From Macrostomum lignano (taxonomy: Eukaryota), in assembly GCA_002269645.1 (NCBI GenBank), contig NIVC01002389.1, positions 97,882 through 161,881 on the forward strand: a stretch of DNA of 64,000 nt. Direction: 5' to 3'. A program made the position numbers and the translations under genes. Shown here piece by piece: positions 60,500 to 64,000 of this stretch (its first letter is position 1; each line of letters opens with the position of its first letter). The notes beneath the pieces are model-generated. The model worked only from the letters and a program-made list of their open reading frames with translations, was not told the DNA's origin and ran no database searches.

Positions 60500-60900
60500 A
60501 TCAAGAGGGGTGGATGCGCCCCCCACCCGGATTTAGACGTATTACGCGTCTGTGCAGCTGGAGTTGAAATGCATGCCAACGGCCTACTGACCCCTCGATT
60601 AATAATGCACTCCGGTTGCCGTAGCAGCACAAACAATAATATTGGGCAAATGTGCAACCGACAGCTCAGCCGCAGCTATTGCTGCGTACGGCTGTTCAGT
60701 CCAAGGACTGGGGGTCGCCACACACACCCTCAATTACCCCAGCTAATGCTGGCTACCATTTTATAGCTGGGTGGACTGAAGCAATGCAGAGTTAAGTGCC
60801 TTGCTTAGGGGACACAAATTGTTCCGAGTGGGCCGAGAATCGAACCCCCGACCTTTCAGCCGTGAGTTCGACGCTCTAAACACTAGGCTTCAACAACCCC
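60500..60900 (-). mobile_element. tRNA-derived CORE-type SINE
   Basis: Minus strand reads A-box-like GCCTAGTGTTTAG, B-box GGTTCGATTC, then CORE-like GCAAGGCACTTAAC...CAGTCCACCCAGCT..AAATGG. The 3' boundary is approximate. Confidence 0.7.
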
Positions 60901-62246
60901 TACTCTGAATCTGGATCTAAACCTACTCAAAGCACAAAGCAATTTTATTAGACTTGTCCTCCGTATGAACAATGGTCTGAAGACAGCTATTAGCTTACTT
61001 AAAGTAGTCAGTTCCGGTGGGAAAAGAGAAAATATCTGACCAAAATTAGTTTCAGCGGGTTGGGAGAAAAACTAATTTCTTATTTCCTTACAGCTCATCT
61101 CGCTAGGAAGGGATTAGGGGAGTTTTAAGTTTGATAAGACCAGGTGAGAGAGACAGAGAGAAGACAGGTCGACTTTCAGTCAGACGACATCCCATCTTTC
61201 ATTCTCGCAGCTAGCTGGGAGCTCGTTATCCCATGGGGTCTGGGCGGTGGGGATTTCCCCCCAGCCTCTAATGAGGCGCGGGTTTCAGAAGTGCGCGCGA
61301 CCGGGCCAGCGCCGACTCTCCCGCTGCGGCATTGTCTGTCCGGGGGGCGGCTTAAGAGGCAGTCGGCGGGAGCAGAAAGGGCAAGGGGGAGGCTGGCCAA
61401 GGCGCCCCTCATCCCCGAGAAAACTCAGCATGTCCGAAGGGCAAAACCGGGATGGAAGAGATGAAGAAGCAGGAAAAGTTGATAATGGTGATGCCGCGCG
61501 GCTCTCAGCTGGATGAAGCAATGGAGTCTGGGGAGGGGAAGTGTACTGCAGTGGGAGGAACAAACAAATTCTCTCATGGTGAGCATGCCGTGCATGCGGC
61601 AGCGCCTCCAGCAAGATGGGGATCTAATATTATTCTTGCTGGTTTACTCAGCATGGAGACTTCTGCTCACCACTGGATGGGAACTCAAGAGCCGGAACTC
61701 TGCTCAGCGAGAGAGAGGAGGGCGAGAGCAGCCTTGAGGATTTGGAGACTTTTTGTCACCGGGAAGAAACTAGAAGGGGGAAAATTGTGAACGGGTTCTG
61801 ATCCCCGGCAACTGCAGCTGCTACTGGTCTGCGCCCAGCATCTCAAATGTCGACCCTCCCTCGGCAGCCTACCGGAATGGGGAGAATTCTCCCACCCCTC
61901 TTTTCCTCTCTTGGCCAACCCTCAGAAACTGCCCCCCCTCCACCCACTCTGCTCCCCTGGTTCTGCCGGCCCTTATTCGCCAGCTTCCCAACCTGAAATT
62001 CCCGACCTGGGAAGGCGAGAGGCTGGCAGAGCTGCTTCAACAGAGAGGCGCCCCAGCGGACTAATCAGGGTTGGCGCCACCTGCTGGCCTCGGGTTTCAG
62101 CCACTGGCTGGATTATTAACTCGATTCGCTCCGCCGGAGACCGCGCTTTGCTCAGTTATCAACAAATCCCCGGTGGAGAATGCGAGCGGCGAAGATGAGA
62201 GAAAATTGAGGTGAAAATTGAAACTCAATGACCTTCAGTTGCCGTC

Positions 62247-62277
<31 letters not shown>

Positions 62278-62689
62278 GGTTGTTGATATCGCATGGCACC
62301 GCCGAACCATGGGTGAGTTGCAGAGAATATCGAGTGACTGCCGGTGTGACGCAAGCAGCCGATACAGCTTCCAAGAAGGGATTGCAGAGCACAAGGCACA
62401 AACTGGTGCATGTAGGATGTACAATACTTCAAGCAGATTCCATCTGACACAGTGGAATGCATCAATGATCATTGAATCTAATCTATTTGAACATTTGCTG
62501 TAATTAGTTGCACTTTTACTCGCCCAGTTAGCGGGTCCCTGCAAACAGAAGTGCTCCCGCCCACTGCTTCAATCCAAGTTAAAATTAATTTGTACCATGT
62601 CAGGTTTCTACAGACCAATGACGATACATTATCCAGTAGACTGAAAATCATCAGCACAATGAGACCCATTCTCGTCCAGAAGCATGACC

Positions 62690-63475
62690 ATCAGCACAAT
62701 GACCCAATCTCAACCATAAGCATTACCATCAGCACAATGACCCATTCTCAACCATAAGCATGACCATCAGCACAATGACTCATTCTCAACCATAAGCATG
62801 ACCATCAGCACAATGACCCATTCTCAACCATAAGCATGACCATCAGCACAATGACCCATTCTCAACCAAAAGCATTACCATAGCACAATGACCCATTCTC
62901 AACCAAAAGCATTACCATCAGCACAATGACCCATTCTCAACCATAAGCATGACCATCAGCACAATGACCCATTCTCAACCATAAGCATGACCATCAGCAC
63001 AATGACCCATTCTCAACCAAAAGCATTACCATAAGCACAATGACCCATTCTCAACCAAAAGCATTACCATCAGCACAATGACCCATTCTCAACCATAAGC
63101 ATGACCATCAGCACAATGACCCATTCTCAACCATAAGTATGACCATCAGCACAATGACCCATTCTCAACCAAAAGCATTACCATAAGCACAATGACCCAT
63201 TCTCAACCAAAAGCATTACCATCAGCACAATGACCCAATCTCAACCATAAGCATTACCATCAGCACAATGACCCATTCTCAACCATAAGTATGACCATCA
63301 GCACAATGACCCATTCTCAACCAAAAGCATGACCATCAGCACAATGACCCATTCTCAACCAAAAGCATGACCATCAGCACAATGACCCAATCTCAACCAA
63401 AGGCATTACCATCAGCACAATGACCTATTCTCAACCATAAGCATGACCATAGGCACAATGACCCATTCTCTTACA
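62690..63475. repeat. 38-bp minisatellite
   Basis: CATCAGCACAATGACCCATTCTCAACCA(T/A)AAGCAT(G/T)AC, about 20 copies. Confidence 0.95.
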
Positions 63476-64000
63476 AAAGCATGCAAATCAGATACTTGAG
63501 TGCTCAAGCTGCTCATGCAAGCAAGCAAACTCGAACCAAACCCAGTCAGGCCTGGAAAAGCAGGGAGTTCCGCTGCGGAGCCCCAGCAACACGCATAATT
63601 CCTTGGCTACATGGACACCTAATTGGAAATTCGATATAAGCCCAGAGCAAGGGGCTGATGCAGACCAGAGGCTGGGCAACTAAGCAAGAGTTGATGTCGT
63701 CTCCCCTCACTCCGAAGCCAGGGCTAATTTTTGAGGGATCACACGCGGAGCAACAATCGCTCACTGAGCATGAATACGTGCTCCAGAGCCGCTGTCCCTG
63801 AGCAGCTTTGCCTGCCTGCCTGCTCAGAGTAATTGGATAAAACGCCGGCGGTCTGCTCTGCTCTTGTTTGCTGGAGAATTGCAAAAGAGAAAGCGGTAGG
63901 GATGCAGGAAACTGTAGAAACATAGGCAGAGCGCATCTATCCTAGCCGCTTGACGTGTAGATGGAGTTTTCTGGCTTGCATAGCACAATCAATGATTCAA

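Overview
This is eukaryotic (animal) genomic DNA. GC-rich spliced exons sit in AT-rich sequence, and nearly every long intron carries its own minisatellite. That style suggests a flatworm such as Macrostomum, but this is inference and not verified. The main feature is a complete 15.9-kb Polinton/Maverick (endogenous adintovirus-like element) at 17430-33355, with AGTAGT termini, 129-bp TIRs and a perfect 6-bp TSD (TACCTG). It encodes integrase, penton, a core protein, hexon/MCP, protease, a packaging ATPase and a protein-primed PolB whose gene contains a GT-AG intron. It also carries an unusual accessory set: a two-repeat TATA-binding-protein homolog, a tandem-PC4 protein and an LxCxE/Zn-finger acidic protein. 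Together these may form a virus-borne Pol II transcription module. To its right is a nested cluster: an LTR with a dense TF-motif block, a LINE just past its PBS, and a truncated Gypsy element inside the LINE that ends at a cryptic att-like site with a clean 5-bp TSD. Host genes are a p55/MPP-type MAGUK, an unknown 4-exon gene, a SPATA2-like PUB protein, PIERCE1/C9orf116 and a coiled-coil gene. There are also mariner relics, a Merlin/MULE-type MITE, a tRNA-derived CORE-SINE and an interstitial telomeric tract. All family assignments come from motif recognition by eye; no database searches were run.
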